The translations under genes and the position numbers were made by a program. From the IMG/VR virus record IMGVR_UViG_3300012930_000010, positions 1-32,512 of that record: a stretch of 32,512 nt of DNA; one strand, given 5' to 3'. Under the pieces are notes generated by a model. The model had not been told where the DNA came from. It searched no databases and was given only the letters and a program-made list of their open reading frames with translations. Source of the stretch: a virus. Below are positions 7,045 to 14,899 of the stretch, in pieces; position 1 is the stretch's first letter; the number at the start of each line of letters is the position of its first letter.

Positions 7045-7196
7045 GGCTTGACACCGTTGCTCTTCCGCCGCGTCCACTCGTCTTCAATCAGCAGGCGGAT
7101 GAATTCCGTTTTGTCTCGGCGATCGGTTTTTGCCAGCTCATCCAGCTTCGCGTTGAGCGGTCCGGCCAGTTTGACGTGTACAGTGGTGGAAGCCAT
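7041..7196 (-). CDS. Ribbon-helix-helix (CopG/Arc-like) DNA-binding protein, 51 aa
   Basis: MASTTVHVKLAGPLNAKLDELAKTDRRDKTEFIRLLIEDEW shows a beta-strand, helix, helix pattern. It is the first gene after the promoter/operator region. Confidence 0.65.
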   Translation of the reverse strand: MASTTVHVKLAGPLNAKLDELAKTDRRDKTEFIRLLIEDEWTRRKSNGVKP

Positions 7197-7204
7197 CTTC
7201 TTCA

Positions 7205-7240
7205 CGACACCACAATATACCATGCGACACCACTTGTCAA
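7205..7240 (-). promoter_or_regulatory. Sigma70-like promoter: TTGACA (7240..7235), 15-nt spacer, extended -10 TGgTATATT (7222..7214), flanked by two direct CGACACCAC repeats (7205..7213, 7225..7233)
   Basis: Read on the minus strand 11-45 nt upstream of the RHH ATG. The repeats are 20 bp apart and bracket the -10. Confidence 0.55.
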
Positions 7241-7306
7241 GGACTATTTCGTGCGTGAGACAAATTATTTTCCGCAACTTGTGCAAAAAACCGCGTGGAC
7301 AGTGGC

Positions 7307-7646
7307 TGTCTCAGGGTGTCTCAGCACTTTGTCGCAGGCACAATAGAGACGATGTTGCAAACACAGATAGTTACCTTACGAAACGTCTCAGGACAAAACC
7401 TACTGTGATGGTCTATCTGTAAGAAAGAATGTAAGTTATTTTTGTTAGTGTGTCAGACTCCCCCTCTACTTCCTCTCTTTCACACCTTTCGGAATACACC
7501 GGGACACCCTCACCTGAGACAATTTCACCGTAAGTAGTTGCAGCGTCAATACTTAGTGCGTGTATCAGGGGTAAGAGCCTGAGACACTCTATTTTGTAAG
7601 GTTTTGAGGGCGAAAGATTTAGCGGTGTCGCAGGCGTTGTCTCAGG
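7307..7646. repeat. Iteron field: TGTC(T/G)CAGG in 8 copies. Direct at 7307, 7317, 7330, 7384, 7626 and 7638; inverted (CCTGAGACA) at 7513 and 7578.
   Basis: Counted by eye in the 410-bp lower-GC intergenic region between the helicase stop and the RHH promoter. Confidence 0.7.
7414..7449. other. AT-rich block in the centre of the iteron field (candidate DNA-unwinding element)
   Basis: tatctgtaagaaagaatgtaagttatttttgttagtg in an otherwise high-GC genome. Confidence 0.45.
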
Positions 7647-7705
7647 GAAAAAGGCTGCTACAGGATGGGCACGGTCAACTGATCTTGAGAAAAATATATG
7701 TTGGA

Positions 7706-9178
7706 TCAGAGGTCGTCGAGTTCGATCCAATATTGCGCGCTCGGGTTAGACTTCCACTTCTTCTCGTAGCGGTACGTCGTTGCGCGGCTGATGCCGACTT
7801 CCATCGCCAGGTCTGCGCCTGGCCTCATGCCGTTTCCGAAGTGTTCGAAACACGCCTGGATCTGCGCGTGTCGCGACGGCCGAGTGAGCCAGCAGGCCGC
7901 GTCGCGGTCCGTCGTCAAGCTCATCTCGAAGGGCACCAGCCATCGCGGCTGTTTGCTCTCTCCGCGAATTTTGTCGATGTCCACCAGCACGCGAAGTTGC
8001 TCTTCCCTTTTGTAGCCAGGCGGCCGCGTCAACTTCATCACGAAGTCCAGCATGTCCTCTTTTTCAGAGCCGCCGCGCTGCTCTCCGCCTTTGCCGGCGT
8101 GATGCAGGTAGATCACGGAGATCCCGCGTTGGTTTAGATCGAGAAACCATTCCGTGAGAGTGGCGGTGCGTTCCCCTTCACCTTCCTGCGACGTGGGCCA
8201 GAGCGTGGAAAGATTGTCTAGGATCAGAACTTCGTAGCCGCCGGCAAACAGCCGCTCCTCGATGATGCGGCGGTCGCGCGGCGAATTTATTTTTGGGCGC
8301 CAGCGCTTTTGGTAGTCCTTACACATCGTGCCGAAATTCTCTGCGCTCGGCACATCACTGCCGTGACCGCGAGCGATTTGTTGCGCGCGTTTCTGAATCT
8401 CTGAGCCGTGCATTTCCCCGTAGATGTACAGCACGCGATAGGCGCGGGAGATCGGCCAGTTCCCTCCCGCCCCGTTCACCCCACCAAAAAGAGTGGGACA
8501 ACCGAGCGCCAACTGCATGGCGATCTCCGTAGTGATAAAAGTTTTTCCCAGCCCGCGCCACGCCCAAATTTCTCCGGTGCCTCCCACAGTGAGCAGCGGC
8601 TCGATCGCGTATTCGAGCTTCGGCATCTCCATCGTGAGCAAATCGCGGAAGCTGACAACCACGGACGGATTGGCGGTGTTGGTACTTTGCTTCGAAAAGG
8701 TTTCCAGTTGGTTGGCCAGGTCGTCCGGCGAAGTGTAGCCCTCGATCGCGTCGGTCTGGATTTTATGCGTGTGATCGATGATGCGGCGGAGGCGGGATTT
8801 TTCTTTGACGATCTTCACGTAGTACGCGACATTGCTCAGCCGCGGCATGCCGTCCATCAGCGAAGCGATATATTCGCCGCCGCCGGCAGCATCGAGCTCG
8901 CGATTCTGCATGAGGTTCTCGACAATACTGACCGCTTCGATGGGCTGCTGCGCGTCGTCCAGGAAAAGCATGTTGCGGAACACGCGGCGGTTTTGTTCCA
9001 GGAAGAAGTCTTCGGGCACGAGCGTTTCTCGCGCCGTCTTCATCGGGGCGTTGTTGGCGCCGTTGTTGTCGATCAGGATCGCGCCGAGGATATTTCTCTC
9101 CGCGTCTAAATTCGAAGGCAGCTTTTTGGCGATGTCGTTGGGAAGAGGATGTGAGCGTTGAAAGGCGACGGTGGCCAT
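7706..9178 (-). CDS. Replicative helicase/initiator: DnaB N-terminal domain, RepA-like (AAA_25/RecA-type) ATPase, C-terminal HTH; 490 aa
   Basis: AERNILGAILIDN...NRRVFRNM...EYIASLMDGMP...YYVKIVKEKSRLRR is DnaB-N-like. Walker A is WRGLGKTF and Walker B is VLILDNLS. The C-terminus carries GISRATTYRYEKKWK. ATG at 9178 is preferred over the TTG at 9190. Confidence 0.85.
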   Translation of the reverse strand: MATVAFQRSHPLPNDIAKKLPSNLDAERNILGAILIDNNGANNAPMKTARETLVPEDFFLEQNRRVFRNMLFLDDAQQPIEAVSIVENLMQNRELDAAGGGEYIASLMDGMPRLSNVAYYVKIVKEKSRLRRIIDHTHKIQTDAIEGYTSPDDLANQLETFSKQSTNTANPSVVVSFRDLLTMEMPKLEYAIEPLLTVGGTGEIWAWRGLGKTFITTEIAMQLALGCPTLFGGVNGAGGNWPISRAYRVLYIYGEMHGSEIQKRAQQIARGHGSDVPSAENFGTMCKDYQKRWRPKINSPRDRRIIEERLFAGGYEVLILDNLSTLWPTSQEGEGERTATLTEWFLDLNQRGISVIYLHHAGKGGEQRGGSEKEDMLDFVMKLTRPPGYKREEQLRVLVDIDKIRGESKQPRWLVPFEMSLTTDRDAACWLTRPSRHAQIQACFEHFGNGMRPGADLAMEVGISRATTYRYEKKWKSNPSAQYWIELDDL

Positions 9179-9180
9179 AG

Positions 9181-9228
9181 TTAGCGGCAACTTTTCCTCT
9201 CGCGCGGCTTCTCCGGAGTTGCCGCTAA
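9181..9228. promoter_or_regulatory. 11-bp perfect inverted repeat (TTAGCGGCAAC / GTTGCCGCTAA, 26-nt spacer) abutting the helicase start codon
   Basis: Arms at 9181..9191 and 9218..9228. In the minus-strand mRNA the stem closes 2 nt before the ATG, and the purine-rich AGAGGAAAAG sits in the loop. Confidence 0.6.
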
Positions 9229-9283
9229 GCGAAAACCGGAAAAGCCGGCGAGAGAGCGTATCCGTGTGGCGGAAACGAGGACG

Positions 9284-9313
9284 AAATTACAAGCAAGGCA
9301 GAAACGCTGTCAA
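9284..9313 (-). promoter_or_regulatory. Candidate sigma70-like promoter for the helicase gene: TTGACA (9313..9308), 18-nt spacer, TAATTT (9289..9284)
   Basis: Read on the minus strand about 100 nt upstream of the helicase ATG. Confidence 0.4.
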
Positions 9314-9353
9314 GAACAATCGTGCAACGGGTGGTGTCGTTCTGGAAACACCG

Positions 9354-9506
9354 CTATATGTCGTGGCTGCGTCGCCGAGCCTGCACAAGATGCTCGCGCT
9401 CAAGCCGCTCCAAACGGCGCGAGGCGATAAAAGATTCAAGCAGAAGAATCAGCGTCAGCGAGTTGAGGAAAAATTGTATCGGATGATCGTTGATCCATTG
9501 TCCCAC
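9354..9506 (-). CDS. Possible small membrane protein, 50 aa (GQWINDHPIQFFLNSLTLILLLESFIASRRLERLEREH...)
   Basis: GTG at 9506 with GAGGT 6 nt upstream; GC3 only about 60%. Confidence 0.3.
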   Translation of the reverse strand: MGQWINDHPIQFFLNSLTLILLLESFIASRRLERLEREHLVQARRRSHDI

Positions 9507-9522
9507 TTTCTACCTCGCAGTT

Positions 9523-10935
9523 CTAGTTCGGCCCCACGGTCACTTCGTCTTCGGTCATGTACGCGCGCGCGTCCGCCAGCACTTCGTGCCAGCGCGGATC
9601 TTCCACCAACAGTTTTAATACGGGATCCTGCGAAAAAAACTGCGTGATGGTTTGCTCGGGATAGTTCACCAGGTCCTTGGCGAGATCCGGCTTCACGTCT
9701 TCGAGAAACGTGGCGATGGCGGAACCGCTCGCGCCGTAGCGCATCATGTTCACCACTTGCACCTTCATCCCTTCGTCGTATTGCTCCTGCGAGACGGGAG
9801 CTGGCGCGGGCTGCGCCGCGGGCATCACTTCGACGGCCGGTGCGGATGCGGCGCCGTCGCGCGGCTCCAAATGCAATCCGCCTTCGACATGAATCGCTGG
9901 CGCTGGCGGAGCGGCGGCGGCCGGTTGCGCTGCTGGCTGTGCTTGCGGCTGCTGTCGGTCGATCGGCACAACCCGCAACGCTTCCGCAGTGCGTGCCCGG
10001 GCCTGCGCTTCGTTCGCGCGGGCTTGCGCCACGTTCGCCGGCGACGTTTGTTTGAACGTGTCGAGAATATCCGGCAAGTGCTGCGTGACGGCCTGCACCG
10101 CCGCGGCTTTCCAATCTTTCGGCTCTCCGCCGCCGTTACCACGAATTTTTTCCACCACTTCGAAGATGGCGGAAAGTTTTGTCAGCTCTTCCAAGGGGTT
10201 CGGAGGATTCAGCAACTTTTCGACGAGCTTCGCAATGAGCGCATCGCCGAGCGAACCTAAGCCGCCGCCGGCAGCCGGCGCGCGCAGATTCGCGAGTTTC
10301 TCCGCCGCCGAGAGCAGAGCATTCACTTGCGCCGTTGGGTCCGCGGCGACCGGAGTTTGTTTCGTGACGATCTCCATCGCGCGTTCGCTGGCCTTCGTGA
10401 GCATATCGATGACGTGCTCCGAGCCGTTGGATTGTCCCTGATTCGATTCCCTGCTGCGTTGCAGTTCTTCGCGCAGCACGGAGATAAATTCTTTCTGGAA
10501 GTCCGCGTTCCCGCCAAGGCCGTTGCCATTGCCGTTGGTCGTTGCCGGCGGGATCTCGCGGCTGCGGTCATAGATCGGATCGCCTTCGATGTCAAAATTG
10601 TGCGTCTTGAAATAGTGGCCGTTCTTGCAGAGGTCCATGCGGAATTTTCCGCCGCCCCAGCGCTTCTTCACGTCGGCATACGTGATCGGCGCGAAGAACG
10701 TCCAGAGATAACCCTTCGATCCGGCGACGCCAGGCACTTTCGGTTCCAGGCGTTGGAGCTCGAGGTGATAAATTTTCTCCCACTCATTGCCGGGAATCTT
10801 CATCAAGTCGCTGATAAACCAGCCCGGCTCTTTTTCTTCACGCTCTAGCGGCTTTTCCGGCTCCGCTGGCGTCTCGGGATTCTGCGGAGCGAGATTGATG
10901 ACGGTCGTTGGCTGCGTCTGCAGGCGTTTTGGCAC
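9523..10935 (-). CDS. Large hypothetical protein, 470 aa, with Ala/Pro/Gln-rich low-complexity middle regions
   Basis: Long ORF with a GTG start at 10935, the first gene of the leftward arm. No motif I can name (...RWGGGKFRMDLCKNGHYF...). Confidence 0.7.
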   Translation of the reverse strand: MPKRLQTQPTTVINLAPQNPETPAEPEKPLEREEKEPGWFISDLMKIPGNEWEKIYHLELQRLEPKVPGVAGSKGYLWTFFAPITYADVKKRWGGGKFRMDLCKNGHYFKTHNFDIEGDPIYDRSREIPPATTNGNGNGLGGNADFQKEFISVLREELQRSRESNQGQSNGSEHVIDMLTKASERAMEIVTKQTPVAADPTAQVNALLSAAEKLANLRAPAAGGGLGSLGDALIAKLVEKLLNPPNPLEELTKLSAIFEVVEKIRGNGGGEPKDWKAAAVQAVTQHLPDILDTFKQTSPANVAQARANEAQARARTAEALRVVPIDRQQPQAQPAAQPAAAAPPAPAIHVEGGLHLEPRDGAASAPAVEVMPAAQPAPAPVSQEQYDEGMKVQVVNMMRYGASGSAIATFLEDVKPDLAKDLVNYPEQTITQFFSQDPVLKLLVEDPRWHEVLADARAYMTEDEVTVGPN

Positions 10936-11179
10936 TGTGCTGTTCTTTCTTCGAGTGTTGCGAACCGTCTGTGTCTATACCACCACTGGGAGTCCGTGTA
11001 AACACGTACATTCCGTGAGTCGTCCGTAATTTGCACGTGCGGAGCGGGAACGACATCCGGCACGGACAACTGTTTGCCCTTTCTCCTCTCTCAAGCGATG
11101 GTGAGCGCAGGCGGCAGTTGTTCAGCCGGTAGGGACCGCCTGTAAACCATCTCAAGTTTGCGAACCACTCTGCCGGCGA

Positions 11180-11213
11180 TTTTTTGTTATGGCGGGCTGC
11201 AAGTACAGCCCGC
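11180..11213 (-). repeat. TACTTR-loop hairpin element, copy E (minus orientation: GCGGGCTG-TACTTG-CAGCCCGC cataac AAAAAA)
   Basis: 8-bp stem in the divergent intergenic region 10936..11229. The stem is nearly identical to copy H. Confidence 0.75.
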
Positions 11214-11229
11214 ACCTGGCAACCGATGA

Positions 11230-12264
11230 ATGAAGCTCACACGCATTCCGCATCTCGAAGGCGATCCGGGAGTTCAGCAGACTATCCGGCAGATGTGCCG
11301 GCTGATCGCCAAGGGCAAACAGGATCCGCAAGTTCACGAACTCGCGGCGCAGATTCTCCGCTGCGCGCGAGTGGCGGCCTACGATTGGACCGGCGAAGCG
11401 GAAGCCATCTTTCATTGGTGGCACAAGAACATTCGCTTCACGCGCGACGTGGACGGCCACGAGACGCTGCACGCGCCGGCGGACATCTTGCGGCTGGGGA
11501 TCGGCGACTGCGACGACTTTACGGTGGGAATTTGCTCGCTGCTGAAAACCATCGGCGCGGATTGCCACATCGTGACGATCGCTGTGGATCCCGAGGGCGA
11601 GTTCTCGCACGTGTATCCGGAAGTGATTTTGCCCAGCGGCCGCTCGATCGCACTGGACGCGGCGCGGCAATCCGCGGCATTCGGGAAATCTCCGGAGCGT
11701 TGGACGCGCAAACGGATCTGGTCTGTGGATTCCGGGGAGTACGCTGACATGGGCCGCCTCGGCAGACTTTCTTCTTTGGGCGACGGCCGTCAAAGCATCG
11801 CACCAGGCCAAGGACCGCAGGGCGCCTGGCGCGCCAATGTCTATCCGCCATTCCGCGTCGCTGCTCGCGAAATGACTGGCAGCTACCTCAGCGCTTTTCC
11901 CGTCGCGCCCCCACACCAACAATTCAAGCGGCCGCCGATTGGCTTTGGAAATTACGGCGTGCCGGCCGCGCGTCGCGCACTCGCGGATTTCAGTCGCGGC
12001 GATCTGCGCCGAACGCTCGGCGACGTTGATTGGGGCGCCATCACGCAAGCGATCACCGCCGGCACCACCGGAGCGGCGAACATCATCACTGCGGAGCGCG
12101 CTTCGCCGTACAACTTAGTTCCCACCACGTCGATGGCGCAGGGTGCGCGTTCTCCAATCCTGCCTCTGACTCAGGTCGCCGCATCGCCATTCGGTTCGAT
12201 CAGCCCGACGATGATTCTGCTCGGGCTCGGCGCCGTCGCGTTGATCGCCGCGGAGAGGCGCTGA
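11230..12264 (+). CDS. Transglutaminase-like (papain-fold Cys protease superfamily) protein with a C-terminal TM anchor, 344 aa
   Basis: GIGDCDDFTVGICSLL (Cys), FSHVYPEV (His), ALD (Asp). DMGRLGRLSSLGDG motif. C-terminal ISPTMILLGLGAVALIAAERR. Confidence 0.75.
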   Translation: MKLTRIPHLEGDPGVQQTIRQMCRLIAKGKQDPQVHELAAQILRCARVAAYDWTGEAEAIFHWWHKNIRFTRDVDGHETLHAPADILRLGIGDCDDFTVGICSLLKTIGADCHIVTIAVDPEGEFSHVYPEVILPSGRSIALDAARQSAAFGKSPERWTRKRIWSVDSGEYADMGRLGRLSSLGDGRQSIAPGQGPQGAWRANVYPPFRVAAREMTGSYLSAFPVAPPHQQFKRPPIGFGNYGVPAARRALADFSRGDLRRTLGDVDWGAITQAITAGTTGAANIITAERASPYNLVPTTSMAQGARSPILPLTQVAASPFGSISPTMILLGLGAVALIAAERR

Positions 12265-12974
12265 TGCCGTACCTGGTCGCAGCTCGCAAGCCGTCGATGG
12301 GCCGCATGGGCATCGTCATGGCCAACGGCGCTGCCACTACTGCTCGATCGAACATGATTTTGTATAGTCGTCCACGTCCGCTGCCGGTGGGCGACGGATC
12401 CGTGGGACCGATCGTGACTGGTCCTTACACCTACACTCCCCCAACCGGGAGCTTGCCGCCGAATCCGCCATCGATTCCTTTGCCACTGCCAGGTCCCCTG
12501 CCCGTGTGGCGTCCTCCTCCCCCGGTGCTGGTGACTTCCGCTCCGGATCTGCCCACTTTCAACACCGGCAGTCCTGTTCCGGCCGGTTATCCCACCAGCC
12601 AAATTTTTGTCGATCCGAATGGCGGCTTCTGGCAGTACAGCGCTTCGCAAAATAAATGGATGAATGTTGGCACATCGTACAACACCGGTGCGACATCGAT
12701 TCCGCCGGCAGTGCCCACAGGATCCACACCGAGCGCGCCAACTTCTCTCACCACGCCGACAACGGCGCCGGCGCCAGTGAATGTCAGCGTAGCCGCGCCG
12801 AGCTCCTCGTATCAGGAAATTTTGGATTGGCTCCAGGAAGACACGCTTGCATCAACCATCGGCTTCACTTCGATTCCCAATTGGATCGTTGTGGCCGCTG
12901 CAGGCGCTTTGGCCTGGAAATTTTCGCAGCCGACTCCTCGCAGCCGAAATCCTCGGAAAAGGCGGAGGCGCTAG
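12264..12974 (+). CDS. Proline-rich tail-anchored membrane protein, 236 aa
   Basis: ATG overlaps the upstream TGA, with GGAGAGG upstream. MPYLVAARKPSMGRMG... C-terminal NWIVVAAAGALAWKF followed by a basic tail. Confidence 0.75.
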   Translation: MPYLVAARKPSMGRMGIVMANGAATTARSNMILYSRPRPLPVGDGSVGPIVTGPYTYTPPTGSLPPNPPSIPLPLPGPLPVWRPPPPVLVTSAPDLPTFNTGSPVPAGYPTSQIFVDPNGGFWQYSASQNKWMNVGTSYNTGATSIPPAVPTGSTPSAPTSLTTPTTAPAPVNVSVAAPSSSYQEILDWLQEDTLASTIGFTSIPNWIVVAAAGALAWKFSQPTPRSRNPRKRRRR

Positions 12975-12975
12975 T

Positions 12976-13006
12976 CGCCCGTACTTACGGGCGCCAGCAA
13001 AACAAA
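12976..13006 (+). repeat. TACTTR-loop hairpin element, copy F (CGCCCG-TACTTA-CGGGCG ccagc AAAACAAAA)
   Basis: Begins 2 nt after the TAG stop of the upstream gene. The A-rich tail runs into the next ATG. Confidence 0.7.
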
Positions 13007-13690
13007 ATGTACTTGATGGATTCCAGCGCGCCGGCAGTGAGCAACACGAAGTGGCGTCTTCGCGGCATGGGCCGCCTCGGACTCTCTCCGGTGCGTTTGC
13101 CGAATCTCGGCGCATCGAGCACTGCGCAAAGCTGGCGCATGCGCGGGCTTCGCGGACTGGGCCGTCTCGGCGACGCCGGCAATTGCGTCTACTACGGCGC
13201 CGATGGCGTCACCGTTGAGTCGATCGACACTAACACCGACGTGGTGGAGTGCGCGGGCAACGGCGGCGCCTGGAACGCTGTACCGATTTTGAATATGCCA
13301 GTGATTCCTGGCGTGCAAAATCCGAGTCCGGTTGCTGGCAGCGCTTCGAACGGCCGCATCACTACGGTGCCGGCCACAACTCCTTCGAATAATCCGCTCG
13401 ACTATAGATCACCGCAAGAAGCCATCGCGGCCAACTTGGATCCCAATGCAGTGATGGCGGCCTGGACGAAAGCGCTCGCGCGTTTTCCAAGTCCACAAGC
13501 GGCCATCTCCGCGGGCGTTCCTCCTGGTGTCGTGAATCAACTTTGGCAGCAGAGCCAGGTGAACGCCGCAAACACCGCCGCGGCTTCGAAAGGATCGCTT
13601 TTCGGGTCTGGAACTCTCGGTTACGTAGCGATGGGGGCCACCGCATTATTGCTTCTCTCCGCTCTGGCCGGCGGAAAGGGACGGCGCTAA
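13007..13690 (+). CDS. Tail-anchored membrane protein, 227 aa, motif-family member
   Basis: MYLMDSSAPAVSNTKWRLRGMGRLG...MRGLRGLGRLGD... C-terminal LGYVAMGATALLLLSALAGGKGRR. An alternative ATG lies at 13016. Confidence 0.75.
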   Translation: MYLMDSSAPAVSNTKWRLRGMGRLGLSPVRLPNLGASSTAQSWRMRGLRGLGRLGDAGNCVYYGADGVTVESIDTNTDVVECAGNGGAWNAVPILNMPVIPGVQNPSPVAGSASNGRITTVPATTPSNNPLDYRSPQEAIAANLDPNAVMAAWTKALARFPSPQAAISAGVPPGVVNQLWQQSQVNAANTAAASKGSLFGSGTLGYVAMGATALLLLSALAGGKGRR

Positions 13691-14017
13691 ATGTACGTCA
13701 CCGATAGCGGATGCCCCACCGGCTACTTTCCCATCAACACAAAATGGGGAGGGACTTCTACGCTGAGCGGAATTTTGCCGGGTGGCGGCCTGCGCGCGCT
13801 GGGTTATTTCCGGCCAAACTTCGCGATGGCGCGCGGCATGTATCCAGGCGGCGGGCATTCCTGGAATTCGATGGGCCAACTGGAAGTCGATCCGACGATT
13901 CTGGGTTTGGGAATCGGCGCTCTGGCGCTCGGCGTGTTTCTGTTGGGAAGAAAACATCCGAAGAGGTCGCGCCGCCGCGGCCGTGGGCGGCTACGCAGAG
14001 CACTTGCGGAGAGTTGA
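13691..14017 (+). CDS. Small tail-anchored membrane protein, 108 aa, motif-family member
   Basis: ATG directly after the TAA. MYVTDSGCPTGYFPINTKWGG...GLRALG...SMGQLE. TM ILGLGIGALALGVFLLG followed by an Arg-rich tail. Confidence 0.7.
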   Translation: MYVTDSGCPTGYFPINTKWGGTSTLSGILPGGGLRALGYFRPNFAMARGMYPGGGHSWNSMGQLEVDPTILGLGIGALALGVFLLGRKHPKRSRRRGRGRLRRALAES

Positions 14018-14039
14018 GAAGCTAATGAATCGAGAACTT

Positions 14040-14153
14040 CTATTTCTTGGCAGTCGAGGAGTTTCGAAGCCATCGCTCAATCTGCATCCCTGCATAGATT
14101 ATGGATGGTACCAGAACAAAAATTATCAGCACCGCCCACATGCGCACTGTCAT
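14040..14153 (-). CDS. Possible antisense micro-gene: 37-aa hydrophobic peptide MTVRMWAVLIIFVLVPSIIYAGMQIERWLRNSSTAKK
   Basis: ATG at 14153 preceded by AGGTAAGGA. It fills a 165-bp lower-GC gap in the plus-strand operon. The competing plus-strand ORF 14025..14180 has lower GC3. Confidence 0.3.
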   Translation of the reverse strand: MTVRMWAVLIIFVLVPSIIYAGMQIERWLRNSSTAKK

Positions 14154-14182
14154 GTCCTTACCTCTCTGGGGGAAATCTAGTC

Positions 14183-14899
14183 GTGTATCTACTCCCCAAT
14201 TCGGCTGCTGTCAATAACCGCAAGTGGAATCTCGGGCGGATGGGCTGCAACTGCTCTTCGCGCGGCATTGGCGTGCCGCCACAGAAGCGTATGGGCCAAC
14301 TCGGCGATACTCCGGGCGTTCCCGCGGGGACTGTTCTCGCCTACACCGCGAGCTGGAAAGACTCTCCGCTTCAAATCAACACTCCCGATGCGGTGCAAGC
14401 CACGATCCAGGCGAACCTGGCGCAGCAATACGGCATCGTCATCGACAATCAGGTCCACTCGCAGAGCGACTATCTACATTTCAGCGGTCCGCAGAGCATG
14501 ACCTTGCAGGTGCACACCACGAGCGACTACGGCGCTCCTGGCGACATTCAATCGCTCATCGATGGCGCGATCTACGCCGCTACAAATGCCCACGTAGCGC
14601 AAGGCATGCCTTCCTCCACGATTCGCATCGTGCAAGCGGCCGCGCCTGGTCAAGTATCTCTGACTGCGCAATTGCCGGCCAGCACCAACGCCGCATTTAT
14701 GGCCGCCCAAGCCGGCTACGATGACGCGGTGGCACGTGGCGACATGGCCAGTGCCGCTCAGTTTGCCGCGCAGATCCAAAACATTACAGGCACCAACCCG
14801 TCCGGTGCGGGCGCCGGCGTCATGGCGTGGCTCTCGAACAATTGGGTATGGCTTGCTGCTGGCGGCGTCGGACTGGTCGTCGTGAAGGAGCTGCTGTGA
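14183..14899 (+). CDS. Tail-anchored membrane protein, 238 aa, motif-family member
   Basis: GTG at 14183 with GGGGGA upstream. (M)YLLPNSAAVNNRKWNLGRMG...KRMGQLGD has an N-terminus homologous to 13007. C-terminal WVWLAAGGVGLVVVKELL. Confidence 0.7.
   Translation: MYLLPNSAAVNNRKWNLGRMGCNCSSRGIGVPPQKRMGQLGDTPGVPAGTVLAYTASWKDSPLQINTPDAVQATIQANLAQQYGIVIDNQVHSQSDYLHFSGPQSMTLQVHTTSDYGAPGDIQSLIDGAIYAATNAHVAQGMPSSTIRIVQAAAPGQVSLTAQLPASTNAAFMAAQAGYDDAVARGDMASAAQFAAQIQNITGTNPSGAGAGVMAWLSNNWVWLAAGGVGLVVVKELL

Noticed and set aside
7413-7730. 105-aa minus-strand ORF across the iteron region
   Set aside because: It has low GC3, overlaps the helicase 3' end, and its sequence is dominated by the repeats. 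It is more parsimoniously non-coding origin or operator DNA.
11152-12048. Long minus-strand ORF (298 aa) opposite the transglutaminase-like gene. Similar long antisense or alternate-frame ORFs occur at 15516..16472(-), 17497..18429(-), 18249..19187(-), 19501..20370(-), 22216..23709(-), 16521..17495(+), 27111..27845(-), 27912..28835(-) and 29576..30124(-).
   Set aside because: These are typical high-GC shadow ORFs. Their products are Arg/Ala/Gly/Pro-rich with no motifs. They overlap frames that have high GC3, SD sequences and start/stop coupling.
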